64,000 nucleotides of DNA from Eledone cirrhosa. Lineage: Eukaryota. Positions 16,776 to 33,950 of the stretch are shown here, in pieces. Below the pieces are notes generated by a model. It did no database searches, was not told the origin of the DNA, and saw only the letters and a list, made by a program, of their open reading frames with translations. Position numbers and translations under genes: made by a program. The stretch is from assembly GCA_964016885.1 (NCBI GenBank), contig OZ024747.1, positions 51,336,001 to 51,400,000 on the forward strand, in the 5' to 3' direction. The first letter of the stretch is position 1. The number at the start of each line of letters is the position of its first letter.

Positions 16776-16947
16776 AAAATTATAAAGACTTTTGATGTAT
16801 TGAAGCCTACTTTGTCTATTTTTATAATTTTTCGGCTCTGTTGTATTACATTGAGCTATTTCCTATACTGTCATTTCTATAATATGACGAGTGTGTTTTT
16901 CTCCAACGCACTCTAGTATTTTAATTCTTATTACGGCTCCCGATTGA

Positions 16948-18458
16948 TTGGGCTTTTTCCTATATACTGGTGTTTTGACCTTTATATATATCGGACAGTA
17001 TGCTAACAAGAGCTACTTGCCTTTATCTCTGAAGAACATTCCCATCCCCTCTAGAAATACTTATGAAAAACTCTTGATTGCTAGCGTTAACTCCTTCGTA
17101 AAAAGGATTAGATGGCGTGCTTTCCACTTTGATATTCACAGGAATAGGACTAACCCCCGGGATAAGACTCCATTCAATAACTTTGGCTTCAAGACTTAGA
17201 AAAGTCCACCGCATAATGTTCTATTAGATAATTTTGAGAACGATTTATTTTCCCTTGTCAAAAATATAAAATATAAGCCGCATAATAAATATGGGAACTA
17301 TAATAAATTTGACAGGTTCCAGTCTAAACTTAGGAATATTGTTAAGGATTTTAAAGGGAATAAGTCTATTCTTGTCCCGGCTGACAAACCTAAGAATCTT
17401 TACTCTATGGATTATATTACTTAACGTAGTTTTATTTATAAGGAGCTGCATAAAAATTACAAAAAGACAGCGCAGGATAATTTGGATCAAATCAATAATG
17501 AGGGCCTCAAGATAGTTTCGGATCTGGGTCTTGATAAATATACCCAACCATATTACCCTAGGGAACCAAGATTCACTCTTAAGGATCATAAGGTAGACTT
17601 TATAAGTAATCCTTCTGTTAGACTTATCAGTCCTTCTAACTCTGATATAGCTATTATTAGTAAGAAAATGCTTGGCCGGATTATACCTACCGTTAGGGAA
17701 AAGGTTCATTTTAATCTATGGGGAAATACTAGGGATGTCATAGATTGGTTCTCTGGTATCAATAAACTTGAGTCTAGTAGGTTTATCCAGTTTGATATAG
17801 ACGCCTATCACACGTCGATTTCACCTATCCTCCTTAATAAGGCCTTAATTATGGCCATGAGAATGTCTAGTCTTACGCGACCCCAGATACTAGCCGCCCG
17901 TAGGACTATAATCAAATTCGAGGATACTCTTTGGACGCGTAAAAACACACCCAACAACTTTGACGTTACAATGGGTTCGAGTGATTCAGCCCAGGTAACT
18001 GACCTTGTTGGGCTGTTCCTCTTGAACGAACTGTATGTTAGCTTTCCGCACCATGAAGGGGGACTTTATCGTGACGATGCATTATTTGTGATAAACTCTA
18101 GCACTAATAACATTGAGCATAATAGGAAGAAACTATATAATTTTTTTTTAAATTTTAACCTTTCGATCACGATTGATAAGAATAATAGAGCAGTCAACTT
18201 TTAGATGTGACATTAGACTTGGTCACTAATAGTTATAAACCCTTCCACAAGCCTGATGAGACACTCTCTTACGTTAATCCCAATTCCAGCCACCCTAAAT
18301 CTATTATTAGTTCTATAATTATTGGTGTATCTAATATAATCTCCACACTCTCTAAGGATATAGGAATCTTTAATTCACATGCAGAGTATTATAATAACGC
18401 CCTAGCTAACTCAGGTTACTCTGGTAAAATACATTATAAGGAGGAAACTTTGAAATGA
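16948..18458 (+). pseudogene. PLE reverse transcriptase (Neptune-like), with stops and frameshifts
   Basis: Motifs SLKNIPIPS, RIRWRAFHF, PSVRLISPSNSDIAIISK, FIQFDIDAY, FDVTMGSSDSAQVTDLVG, GLYRDDAL, NF(LD)VTLDL, KPDETLSYVNPNSSHP. Confidence 0.93.
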
Positions 18459-19849
18459 CTCCGATTACCCATAATAACGTAATATCCCATAATATGGCCT
18501 TGAATGGGAGTAGAAAACATAGGAATCATAGAAATATTATAGATATATCCAAACCAAACCCTAGGTTTAGCTACCGAAATAGTAGTCGGATTAGTGAGTC
18601 TAATGGTACGCATATCGAGATTAGTTCTAGGGAGCAGGATAGGCGCTCTGAACGTTCACCCAGTGGTAATGTTTTAACTGCTTCTAATAGTGTTAATTCA
18701 ACTGATCCTCATATTAACCCTGATCCTTTTAATTTAATTAATTTAATAAAGTTTTCTATTCAACTCTTTAGTTTAGAATAATAATACCTTCTATATTTGC
18801 ATAATGAATCGTTATACCTACGTACTGTGCTTGTTTTTGTTTTTTTGTTTTTGTTCTTCGTTTTATTTTATTTTATTTATTTTTTTACTACCACTTCATG
18901 TCTGTCGTCCTATCATCATCATCATTACTTCTTCACTACAACTTGCTACTTTGTATTCCTATAATATGCTTTGCATAATAATTAGCCTATATTAATATAA
19001 TATATTATTCGCATAAATATCTCTTAAACATTTTCAATTGACTCTGCCAGTCTGCTTTTATATTTTTATATTATTATCTTATTTATCATTATAATATTAA
19101 TATTTATATATCATATTATTTCTATGTAATGGAATTATACGTATTATTTTATGTCTGATTTTTAAGGTACTGTTTTGTTATATTTTATAATATTTTGTAA
19201 TATTTTATGAATGTAAACTGCATATACCCCTATATACTTATTATCAATACTTTATGTACTTATGTATTTATGTATATATATATATTTTTCAACATACTCC
19301 AGTTTTATTAAGATATTTTTTCTTGCCCTGTGTAAAAATTTATATACATCTTGTTGACATTAAGTGATATGTATGATGTAGTTTTGTATATTTTTGATGT
19401 CTGTATATTATTATATTATTTCTTGTATAGCTTATTTTTTGTATAGTTTATTTTTTGTATAGTTTATGCGCACTGTCAGGGTGTTTTTATTTTATATTAT
19501 AAAGAGTATATTTATACTTATTAAGTGTTAGTATGTGTTTGTGTAAATGTATATATATATGAATATATATATATATACATATATTAAGCTTTATTACCCA
19601 TTATATTGTATTGTAATTCTCATATTATATTACCATGTTGTATTTAATGTATTTGTATCATACTGTAATTTCAACGTTGGTTTGACATTTTACTCACTTC
19701 CTTGCCATATAATCTATTTTTGTAACTGCAAACTTTTAGCTTTAGCATGCTTTTCCTTCATATCTCTCATAAGCTTTCATAGATATGAATTCCCTATTCT
19801 TCTGAGTTTCGGTTTGTTCTGGCCGTTAATGCTTCTTATCTGTTTAATT

Positions 19850-19890
19850 GCCCTTATGAGTCCTTATTAATGGGACGAAACATTGTAGGC
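19850..19890 (+). ncRNA. Minimal type I hammerhead of the PLE pLTR; core mutated (CUUAUGA)
   Basis: GCC CTTATGA GTCC ttattaatg GGAC GAAA cattg TA/ GGC. The G5>U change predicts loss of activity. Confidence 0.8.
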
Positions 19891-20152
19891 TAATAAAGAC
19901 CTTTGATGTATTGCAGGCTTCTTTGTCTATTTTTATAATTTTTCGGCTCTGTTGTATTACATTGAGCTATATCCTATACTGTCAGTTCTATAATATGACG
20001 AGTCTGTTTTACTCCAACGCACTCTAGTATTTTAATTCTTATATATATATATATATATATATACATACATATATATATGTATATATATATATGAATATAT
20101 ATACATACATATATACATACATACATATATGTATATATATATATACATACCC

Positions 20153-20368
20153 TTGAAAGACAAAAATATTAAATATAACATCTCTTGGAAAAAGGTTTCT
20201 TCTGCTTCTTAATACTTGAACAGTTCTCTATCCAAGACTTGCAATCTCTGTCTAAATGAAAAATTTACCATTATATCTAATTTAGATTCTATAATAAATA
20301 GACGCACTGACTTGTTTTCTCTCTGCTTGCATAAATTCGACAGAACATTCCATAAAGTATACAGCTAA
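20153..20368 (+). pseudogene. C-terminal fragment of a PLE GIY-YIG endonuclease (absent from the ORF track)
   Basis: LKDKNIKYNISWKKVSSAS*YLNSSLSKTCNLCLNEKFTIISNLDSIINRRTDLFSLCLHKF, with the CNLCLxEK...NxRxx...CxH signature. Confidence 0.85.
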
Positions 20369-21335
20369 TATTCTAAACTTTATCAATTCAGAATCCTTTT
20401 CTCAAAGGCACACATATATATATATATACTTCTTTAAAAATATACCCATCTTTCTACCTTATTTCAAAGTTATTTATTATACATTATATAATACTTGTTA
20501 CTCATTCTATATCACTCCTATTTATCACTTCCCTTTCTTCCTTTTCCTTTTCTTTTCTTTTTCTTTTAATTTCTAACCCCTAATCTGTACCTTTTCTCAC
20601 TGTACCTAACATAGAAACAATTATTAGACAATACAATATATTCTTACTTTATATCACCTTAAAAAAATCCTTCGTAAACATAAACATTTTTTTTGACGTT
20701 AGATTATTCATCCTCTATTCATTATTTTTTTCTCACTTTCATCTAACTTATTCATACTCATCTCACAATATATCCTTACTTACATTACTTTTTTTTTTTT
20801 TAATAATACATATCAACATTTTCTTTCCATCGCACATATTATTAAACTCTTAAATATTATTCTTAATACATATTAACATTTTCTTTCCATCGCACATATT
20901 ATTAAACGCTTAAATATTATTCTTAATACATATTAACAATTTCTTTTCATCGCACATATTATTAAACCCTTCAATATACAAACCTTAACTTTACATTATT
21001 TTTCTCTTCGTTAATTTTCAAATTCTTTTAATTTATACATTATCTTCCAAAGGTTTTTCAACCTCTCTATGTAAAACAATATATTTTTCTCAGTTATAAA
21101 AGCTATCTCTCTCTCTCTATCACCCATCTCTCCTCCTATCTCATCCTTCCTCACTATACTCCTCCCCCTCCACTTTTTAATCTCATCTCCTCCCCTTTTT
21201 CATCCTTTCCACCCCACCCCCCTCTAAAAAAAAATGTTTTCCCCAATATCGCACATCAATCTAAAACTACTTTTCATATGTTGATTTAAAACTGCACTAT
21301 CCACAAGTGTTTTTAACCTTCATATCATGTCTTCC

Positions 21336-21406
21336 TATTTTATCTGATGAAAACACAAATGTTATTGCATGATGATATTTGTTTTTGAAATGCGCATAAT
21401 AAAATA
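21336..21406 (+). ncRNA. Type I hammerhead with long stem II and palindromic stem III
   Basis: TATTTTAT CTGATGA AAAcACAAATGTTAT tgcatg ATGATATTTGTtTTT GAAA TGCGCA TA/ ATAAAATA. Confidence 0.88.
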
Positions 21407-21508
21407 CATGGAACTCTTTTAAACATCTTTTGATCTTATACATATATATATATATATATGTATGTATATATGTATATATATACATACATATATACATACA
21501 TACACACA

Positions 21509-21545
<37 letters not shown>

Positions 21546-21676
21546 GTATATATGTATATATATACATATATATATATGTATATATGTATATATATACATA
21601 TATATATACATACATACATACATATATATAAATATACATATATATATATATATATGTATCTATATATGTATACATA

Positions 21677-21726
21677 TGATGATGGCTGCCCCCTCGTCAT
21701 CGAGTATGACCATTGCACGAGGAGGA

Positions 21727-21757
<31 letters not shown>

Positions 21758-21782
21758 GAAAAGAAAAATAATAAAAAAAATG

Positions 21783-21821
<39 letters not shown>

Positions 21822-22190
21822 CATACACATATACACACACACACACACACACTCACACACACATATACACACACACATACATTAATAACAATAATAATAA
21901 TAATAACAATAACAACAATAATAATAACGACAACAACAATAATAATATACATATACATATATATATACACACACACGCACACACATAAGTATATCTACAC
22001 ACACACACACACACGATAGCAACTAACAGCGCTGCGATCGAATGTGGCTTTTTAGCCTAGACAATGATCTAAAATGTCTTGCACAGAGTCGGCAACAAAA
22101 ACATTCACTGGGAATAGTCGGCTGTGGTTGGAGTTCGTGTACTTGTGCATGTCGCTTGAGCCCTCCTGCTGATTTACATTCTCTACCACA
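21677..22190 (-). mobile_element. 3' end of an RTE-like LINE split by microsatellites
   Basis: Tandem C2H2-like fingers CGRECKSAGGLKRHAQVH...CRLCARHFRSLSRLKSHIRS* (22023-22190). The tail gtgcaatggtcatactcgatgacgagggggcagccatcat (21677-21720) is also seen at 42618-42660. Confidence 0.65.
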
Positions 22191-22231
22191 TGTATACATA
22201 CATACATATATATATATATACACATACATAT

Positions 22232-23085
22232 GTAGTGCTAAGTTTAATATTCTGATCGCAGATTTGGTACGAGTGATGAAGAATGTGTCCCGCATGTGCG
22301 ACCCAACAGAAATGGAAAGACACATCCAACACTTCATCAACCGCATGCAGTTCTCTGGCTACAACCAAAGAGACAGAGTCAGAATATACGAAGGAGCCAT
22401 GGAAATGTATAAGACCCTCATAGAACTGGACATGAAAGAAATTTGCCCATTATACAGGAGCAAATCATGGAATAGCTTAGATAGGGCTAGACATAAGATA
22501 GGGAAAGCCACCTAATGGTACGTCAACCAGAGATACCAGAGTGCCATGTTTGTGGACGCCACCCCTGGAGGGAAATTAGCTAATCAGTGTAGAAAGGCCC
22601 TGAGAAAGACCCACTTAAAAATAAAGGTGGTAGAAAAGCCAGAAATCACCATAAAATCCCTGATCAGCAAAACCTACCCTTTTAAGAAAACCCACTGTAC
22701 CAATAGGAAATGTATCATATGTAAGGTGAACCCCCGGATAAACTGTAAAACTAGAAACGTAGTCTATAGCATAAGATGTACAGAGGGTACAACAACATAC
22801 ATAGGTGAGACAGCTCGTAGCATATGTGAAAGGATAGACCAACACTGGGGGGAACTAAAAGGACGAAAAAACGGGTCAGTACTATACGAACATGCTAGAC
22901 AACAATATGACGGTAACATAGACAAGATAGAAATTAGAATAATATCTAAACATAGAAATGACCCAGCAGATAGGCAAATCAGAGAGGCCAGTGAAATAGA
23001 AATTAGAAGACCAAAGCTAAACAGAAAGAATGAATGGAATAACAACAACACCCAAACAAACAACACTGACCTAAGAGAAGTATAA
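22232..23085 (+). pseudogene. PLE RT C-terminus plus GIY-YIG endonuclease, 5'-truncated, one in-frame stop (22513-22515)
   Basis: RMQFSGY..PLYRSKSW, VMFVDATPGGKLA, Cys linker CTNRKCIIC...C, KTRNVVYSIRC...YIGETARSICERIDQH, RQIREASEI...PKLNRKNEW. Confidence 0.92.
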
Positions 23086-23324
23086 ATAAGTAAATAAAAT
23101 AAGATAAATAAATAAATAAATACATACACAAGCACAATAACAACAAGCACATAAACACACACTAGTCACCCATCACACAGCAAACATAACACTATACACA
23201 CACGCAAACGCATGCGCAAAGAAGACGAAATAAAATAAACAAACAAGCAAATAAATAAATAAATATATAGACAGACTGAATAAAAACGGCGTAGACATAC
23301 AACACAACAGGAGGAAAATATAAC

Positions 23325-23366
23325 ACCACTGACGATGTTGCAGATGTGCAACGAAAGATTTATGAT
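23325..23366 (+). ncRNA. Type I minimal hammerhead in the 3' pLTR of the PLE at 22232
   Basis: ACCA CTGACGA T GTTGCA gatg TGCAAC GAAA gatt TA/ TGAT, one stem I mismatch. The element continues to about 23568. Confidence 0.75.
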
Positions 23367-23941
23367 AAACTATATATATGTGTTTGTGTCTATATTGTAT
23401 CTGTATTATTTTTGACCGTCGGTCAGTCAATAGCAACATTGAGGACCGAGGAAGTTAGACTACCGATATAAAAGACAGCGAGAAGCGAAAACCAACCAAA
23501 CAGTGAGTGTGTTCTGTTATTAATTCTGGCAATATTACACAAATATGACCTTCCCCAAGTATAACAATATATATGTATATATATACATATATACATACAT
23601 ACATATATATATACATATATATATATGTATGTATATATGTATATATATATAGATACATATATACATACATACATACATACAATTATATATATATACAAAT
23701 ATATATACATGTATATATATATATATATATACATATATATATACATGTATATATATATATATATAAATATATACATATATATATACATGTATATATATAT
23801 ATATAAATATATATATACATATATATATACATGTATATATATATATATATAATTATATATATATATATATATAAATAATTATATATATATATATAAATAA
23901 TTATATATATATATATATATAAATAATTATATATATATATA

Positions 23942-24014
<73 letters not shown>

Positions 24015-24440
24015 ATTATTTATATATATAAATATATATACATATATAATAAATAATTATATATATATATATACAAATATATATAAATAATTATAAATTA
24101 ATAAAAATAATGAATAAAAACAAAGAAACAGTTCCTTATATTAAAAAATTCATCATTTTACGATCGTTTCTAGGATATATAAAATTTGTGTTGGTATGTA
24201 TATCATATAGATCTATGTAAAATGTTTACAAACTATCAGAGGGAATATATATACCTACACATATATATGCTGTCTTCAGAAATAATATAAGGAACTGTTT
24301 TCGTGTATTTTTCACCCGAAAAACATTTTTCAGTACATCTTCTCTTTTCATGATATTCGGATTACATTGAGTTCTTCATACGGATTGGACACTACCGTAC
24401 ATTTTGGTAGATTTATCTAAATATATAAATAATTATATAT

Positions 24441-24959
<519 letters not shown>

Positions 24960-25038
24960 TTCAAGTCAACGCGCTGTTTCGAAAATATTCTTACTTGAAA
25001 TTATATATATATATATATATATACAAATATATATAAAC

Positions 25039-25112
<74 letters not shown>

Positions 25113-25159
25113 ATATATATATATAAATAATTATTTATATATATATATATATATATAAA

Positions 25160-25198
<39 letters not shown>

Positions 25199-25220
25199 TT
25201 ATATATATATATATAAATAA

Positions 25221-25260
<40 letters not shown>

Positions 25261-25382
25261 TTATTAGTTGAAATAAAATGAAAACGAAATTTCATTTCTC
25301 ACTCTGAGAACGGCACTTACTTAAATGTAAGTATCTGTGTATACGTACATACATATATGTATACAGACGTACAGTAGCATGC

Positions 25383-25413
<31 letters not shown>

Positions 25414-25564
25414 CAGGTACACATACATATATGCACGTATCAGTTTAGCGGACGCTTATTATAACGCCGCTTTGTTCGTTTGTAAACAAACTGAACAGCC
25501 TGAATTATATGCCGTACGGTGTTAAGGCAACCACGTCACCTTTTTGTTCAACACTGACACAGGA

Positions 25565-25607
25565 ACGATATACTAGTTTCAAGCTTGTTAGTTATCATCA
25601 GCACCGT
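25565..25607 (-). ncRNA. Array hammerhead copy 1 (one stem II mismatch)
   Basis: ACGGTG CTGATGA tAACT aaca AGCTt GAAA CTAG TA/ TATCGT. Confidence 0.75.
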
Positions 25608-25847
25608 ATACCCTTCTGCCAGATAGTTGAACGTTCGAAAGTATATACTTTCCTTCTGAAAATTAACGGCTGAGCAGCCTAATTTGCATATCGAGTGAGT
25701 TAAGTCGGTCAGGCATACAAAAAAACGATAAGTTGAAATAAAATGAAAACGAAATTTCATTTCTCACTCTTAGTACGGCACTTACTTAAATGTAAGTATC
25801 TGTGTATACGTACATACATATATGTATACAGACGTACAGTAGCATGC

Positions 25848-25958
<111 letters not shown>

Positions 25959-26109
25959 CAGGTACACATACATATATGCACGTATCAGTTTAGCGGACGC
26001 TTATTATGACGCCGCTTTGTTCGTTTGTAAACAAACTGAACAGCCTGAATTTTATGCCGTACGGTGTTAAGGCAACCACGTCACCTTTTTGTTCAACACT
26101 GACACAGGA

Positions 26110-26152
26110 ACGATATACTAGTTTCAAGCTTGTTAGCTATCATCAGCACCGT
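26110..26152 (-). ncRNA. Array hammerhead copy 2
   Basis: ACGGTG CTGATGA tAGCT aaca AGCTt GAAA CTAG TA/ TATCGT. 6-bp stem I with two G-U pairs, palindromic ACTAGT stem III. Confidence 0.87.
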
Positions 26153-26389
26153 ATACCCTTCTGCCAGATAGTTGAACGTTCGAAAGTATATACTTTCCTT
26201 CTGAAAATTAACGGCTGAGCAGCCTAATTTGCATATCGAGTGAGTTAAGTCGGTCAGGCATACCAAAAAACGATAAGTTGAAATAAAATGAAAACGAAAT
26301 TTCATTTCTCACTCTTAGTACGGCACTTACTTAAATGTAAGTATCTGTGTATACGTACATACATATATGTATACAGACGTACAGTAGCA

Positions 26390-26473
<84 letters not shown>

Positions 26474-26624
26474 CAGGTACACATACATATATGCACGTAT
26501 CAGTTTAGCGGACGCTTATTATAACGCCGCTTTGTTCGTTTGTAAACAAACTGAACAGCCTGAATTTTATGCCGTACGGTGTTAAGGCAACCACCTCACC
26601 TTTTTGTTCAACACTGACACAGGA

Positions 26625-26667
26625 ACGATATACTAGTTTCAAGCTTGTTAGCTATCATCAGCACCGT
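26625..26667 (-). ncRNA. Array hammerhead copy 3
   Basis: Same as copy 2. Confidence 0.87.
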
Positions 26668-26912
26668 ATACCCTTCTGCCAGATAGTTGAACGTTCGAAA
26701 GTATATACTTTCCTTCTGAAAATTAACGGCTGAGCAGCCTAATTTGCATATCGAGTGAGTTAAGTCGGTCAGGCATACCAAAAAACGATAAGTTGAAATA
26801 AAATGAAAACGAAATTTCATTTCTCACTCTTAGTACGGCACTTACTTAAATGTAAGTATCTGTGTATACGTACATACATATATGTATACAGACGTACAGT
26901 AGCATGCATATA

Positions 26913-26972
<60 letters not shown>

Positions 26973-27123
26973 CAGGTACACATACATATATGCGCGTATC
27001 AGTTTAGCGGACGCTTATTATAACGCCGCTTTGTTCGTTTGTAAACAAATTGAACAGCCTGAATTTTATGCCGTACGGTGTTAAGGCAACCACCTCACCT
27101 TTTTGTTCAACACTGACACAGGA

Positions 27124-27166
27124 ACGATATACTAATTTCAAGCTTATTAGCTATCATCAGCACCGT
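27124..27166 (-). ncRNA. Array hammerhead copy 4 (stem III TTAG, loop II aata)
   Basis: Core intact. The C>T change in stem III gives a U-G pair. Confidence 0.8.
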
Positions 27167-27403
27167 ATACCCTTCTGCCAGATAGTTGAACGTTCGAAAG
27201 TATATACTTTCCTTCTGAAAATTAACGGCTGAGCAGCCTAATTTGCATATCGAGTGAGTTAAGTCGGTCAGGCATACCAAAAAACGATAAGTTGAAATAA
27301 AATGAAAACGAAATTTCATTTCTCACTCTTAGTACGGCACTTACTTAAATGTAAGTATCTGTGTATACGCACATACATATATGTATACAGACGTACAGTA
27401 GCA

Positions 27404-27479
<76 letters not shown>

Positions 27480-27630
27480 CAGGTACACATACATATATGC
27501 ACGTATCAGTTTAGCGGACGCTTATTATAACGCCGCTTTGTTCGTTTGTAAACAAACTGAACAGCCTGAATTTTATGCCGTACGGTGTTAAGGCAACCAC
27601 GTCACCTTTTTGTTCAACACTGACACAGGA

Positions 27631-27673
27631 ACGATATACTAGTTTCAAGCTTGTTAGCTATCATCAGCACCGT
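27631..27673 (-). ncRNA. Array hammerhead copy 5
   Basis: Same as copy 2. Confidence 0.87.
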
Positions 27674-27910
27674 ATACCCTTCTGCCAGATAGTTGAACGT
27701 TCGAAAGTATATACTTTCCTTCTGAAAATTAACGGCTGAGCAGCCTAATTTGCATATCGAGTGAGTTAAGTCGGTCAGGCATACCAAAAAACGATAAATT
27801 GAAATAAAATGAAAACGAAATTTCATTTCTCACTCTTAGTACGGCACTTACTTAAATGTAAGTATCTGTGTATACGTACATACATATATGTATACAGACG
27901 TACAGTAGCA

Positions 27911-27950
<40 letters not shown>

Positions 27951-28101
27951 CAGGTACACATACATATATGCACGTATCAGTTTAGCGGACCCTTATTATA
28001 ACGCCGCTTTGTTCGTTTGTAAACAAACTGAACAGTCTGAATTTTATGCCGTACGGTGTTAAGGCAACCACGTCACCTTTTTGTTCAACACTGACACAGG
28101 A

Positions 28102-28144
28102 ACGATATACTAATTTCAAGCTTGTTAGCTATCATCAGCACCGT
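28102..28144 (-). ncRNA. Array hammerhead copy 6 (stem III TTAG)
   Basis: Core intact; shares the stem III variant with copy 4. Confidence 0.8.
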
Positions 28145-28381
28145 ATACCCTTCTGCCAGATAGTTGAGCGTTCGAAAGTATATACTTTCCTTCTGAAAAT
28201 TAACGGCTGAGCAGCCTAATTTGCATATCGAGTGAGTTAAGTCGGTCAGGCATACCAAAAAACGATAAGTTGAAATAAAATGAAAACGAAATTTCATTTC
28301 TCACTCTTAGTACGGCACTTACTTAAATGTAAGTATCTGTGTATACGTACATACATATATGTATACAGACGTACAGTAGCA

Positions 28382-28433
<52 letters not shown>

Positions 28434-28584
28434 CAGGTACACATACATATATGCACGTATCAGTTTAGCGGACGCTTATTATAACGCCGCTTTGTTCGTT
28501 TGTAAACAAACTGAACAGCCTGAATATTATGCCGTACGGTGTTAAGGCAACCACGTCACCTTTTTGTTCAACACTGACACAGGA

Positions 28585-28627
28585 ACGATATACTAGTTTC
28601 AAGCTTGTTAGCTATCATCAGCACCGT
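28585..28627 (-). ncRNA. Array hammerhead copy 7
   Basis: Same as copy 2. Confidence 0.87.
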
Positions 28628-28864
28628 ATACCCTTCTGCCAGATAGTTGAACGTTCGAAAGTATATACTTTCCTTCTGAAAATTAACGGCTGAGCAGCCT
28701 AATTTGCATATCGAGTGAGTTAAGTCGGTCAGGCATACCAAAAAACGATAAGTTGAAATAAAATGAAAACGAAATTTCATTTCTCACTCTTAGTACGGCA
28801 CTTACTTAAATGTAAGTATCTGTGTATACGTACATACATATATGTATTCAGACGTACAGTAATA

Positions 28865-28924
<60 letters not shown>

Positions 28925-29035
28925 CAGGTACACATACATATATGCAGGTATCAGTTTAGCGGACGCTTATTATAACGCCGCTTTGTTCGTTTGTAAACAA
29001 ACTGGACAGCCTGAATTTGTATACACAGATACTTA

Positions 29036-30953
<1,918 letters not shown>

Positions 30954-30955
30954 AT

Positions 30956-31213
30956 TGTTATACTTTGGGAGGGTCATGTTGCCAATAAGAAACACACGCA
31001 CCAGTTGCTTTCACTTCAATTTATTATAATAAATTTATAATAAATTTATAAATATATAAATTTCTGGTTGGTTGGTTGGTTCCACAACCAGATAGTTGTT
31101 TATATATAGTCATAGTTCTTTCGTCACACACTCTATGACCTCTTCAGTGACAGGGGATTCCTTTCCTTGTTTCTGTGCCTCTCCTATGTTCTGTCCTACG
31201 CCATTTTGTTTCT
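30956..31213 (-). mobile_element. Family C HHR element in (TA)n
   Basis: Homologous to 14092-14357. Confidence 0.88.
31109..31151 (-). ncRNA. Type I minimal hammerhead (family C)
   Basis: GTCA CTGAAGA G GTCATA gagtg TGTGAC GAAA gaac TA/ TGAC. Confidence 0.78.
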
Positions 31214-31275
31214 GCGTGTGTGTTATATATATATATATGTAGATATATATATATATAGAGAGATATGTATATATA

Positions 31276-31340
<65 letters not shown>

Positions 31341-31461
31341 AAAAAGAGATGAAATCGAAAATGCAACTGGAGCCTTATTTTTTTTTTTATATATATATTT
31401 ATTTGGTTCCTTCATCTGCTTTTCAAAAGGCGAGTTGAGATGGAAGGTCTGTGGTTTTTCT

Positions 31462-31535
<74 letters not shown>

Positions 31536-31539
31536 ATAT

Positions 31540-32155
31540 AAGATCAAAAGATGGTTAAAGGAGTTCAATATATTTTATTATGCGCATTTCAAAAACAAAC
31601 ATCATCAAACAATAATATTTGTGTTTTCATCAGATAAAACAGGAGAACATGATATGAAGGCTAAAAAAAAACACTTGTTGATAGTGCAGTTTTAAATCAA
31701 CATATGAAAAGTGGTTTTAGATTGATGTGTGATATTGGGAAAAATATTTTATTTAGAGAGGGGGGGAGAGAAAAGGATGAAAAGGGAAGGAGATGAGAGG
31801 GAGAGATGGGTGATAGAGAGAAAGAGATAGTTTTTATAACAGAGAGGAGATATATTTTATATAGAGGGGTTGAAAACCGTTGGAAGATACTGTATAAATT
31901 AAAAATTTTGAAAATTAACGAAGGGAGGATATGTGCGAGGAAAAAATATATTATATTTAGGGAGGGGTGGGGGTGGAAAGGATGAAAAAAAGGGGAGGAG
32001 ATGAGAGTGAAGGTGGAAAGGGAGAGATGGGTGATAGAGAGAAAGAGAGAGTTTTTATAACTGAGAAAAAGATATAATGTTTTAATATAGAGAGGTTGGG
32101 AACCGTTGGAAGATAATGTATAAATTAAAGGAATTTGAAAATTAACGAAGGGAAA
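31540..32155 (-). mobile_element. PLE 3' UTR/pLTR copy, reverse homolog of about 21005-21435, with an internal duplication
   Basis: atagtgcagttttaaatcaacatatgaaaag is the reverse complement of 21270-21300. A purine-rich block is repeated (about 31770-31925 and 31975-32150). Confidence 0.85.
31571..31641 (-). ncRNA. Type I hammerhead, homolog of 21336-21406
   Basis: TTTTAT CTGATGA AAACACAAATATTATT gtttg ATGATGTTTGTTTTT GAAA TGCGCA TA/ ATAAAA. Substitutions relative to 21336 keep stem II paired. Confidence 0.85.
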
Positions 32156-32219
32156 TTATGTATGGAGATAGAGAGAAAAAAATAACGAAGGGAGATTATG
32201 TATGGAGATTATGTATGGA

Positions 32220-33642
<1,423 letters not shown>

Positions 33643-33721
33643 ATACTTGTTGAGGGTCATATTTGCGTAATATTGCCAGAATTAATAACAGAACACACTC
33701 ACTGTATATATATATATATAT

Positions 33722-33752
33722 ACCCGAAGAAGGGCTTATGCCCGAAACGTCG
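33722..33752 (+). ncRNA. Truncated or mutated minimal hammerhead at the start of a 120-bp insert
   Basis: AC CCGAAGA A GGGC ttat GCCC GAAA cg TC/ GT. U4>C, and stem I is cut short by the TA tract. Confidence 0.55.
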
Positions 33753-33862
33753 TCCTCCACCTACCCCCCACTCTCCTGAGCGTGAATCTAATAAACATTT
33801 GTCGTACTGCCTCTCTGTTCTGTCCCTGTTCAATTTTTTATTATATATATATATATATATAT

Positions 33863-33950
<88 letters not shown>

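Larger units (their letters stand above)
16782..20042 (+). mobile_element. Penelope-like element with about 150-bp direct terminal repeats (pLTRs); endonuclease region missing
   Basis: Direct repeats at 16782-16931 and 19893-20042 flank a decayed RT and a long AT-rich 3' region. An HHR lies immediately before the 3' repeat. Confidence 0.9.
20153..21440 (+). mobile_element. 5'-truncated PLE: endonuclease tail, 1-kb 3' UTR and HHR
   Basis: GIY-YIG tail, pyrimidine-rich UTR with a 60-bp tandem repeat (about 20804-20975), HHR at 21336. A reverse copy of the 3' part lies at about 31540-32155. Confidence 0.8.
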
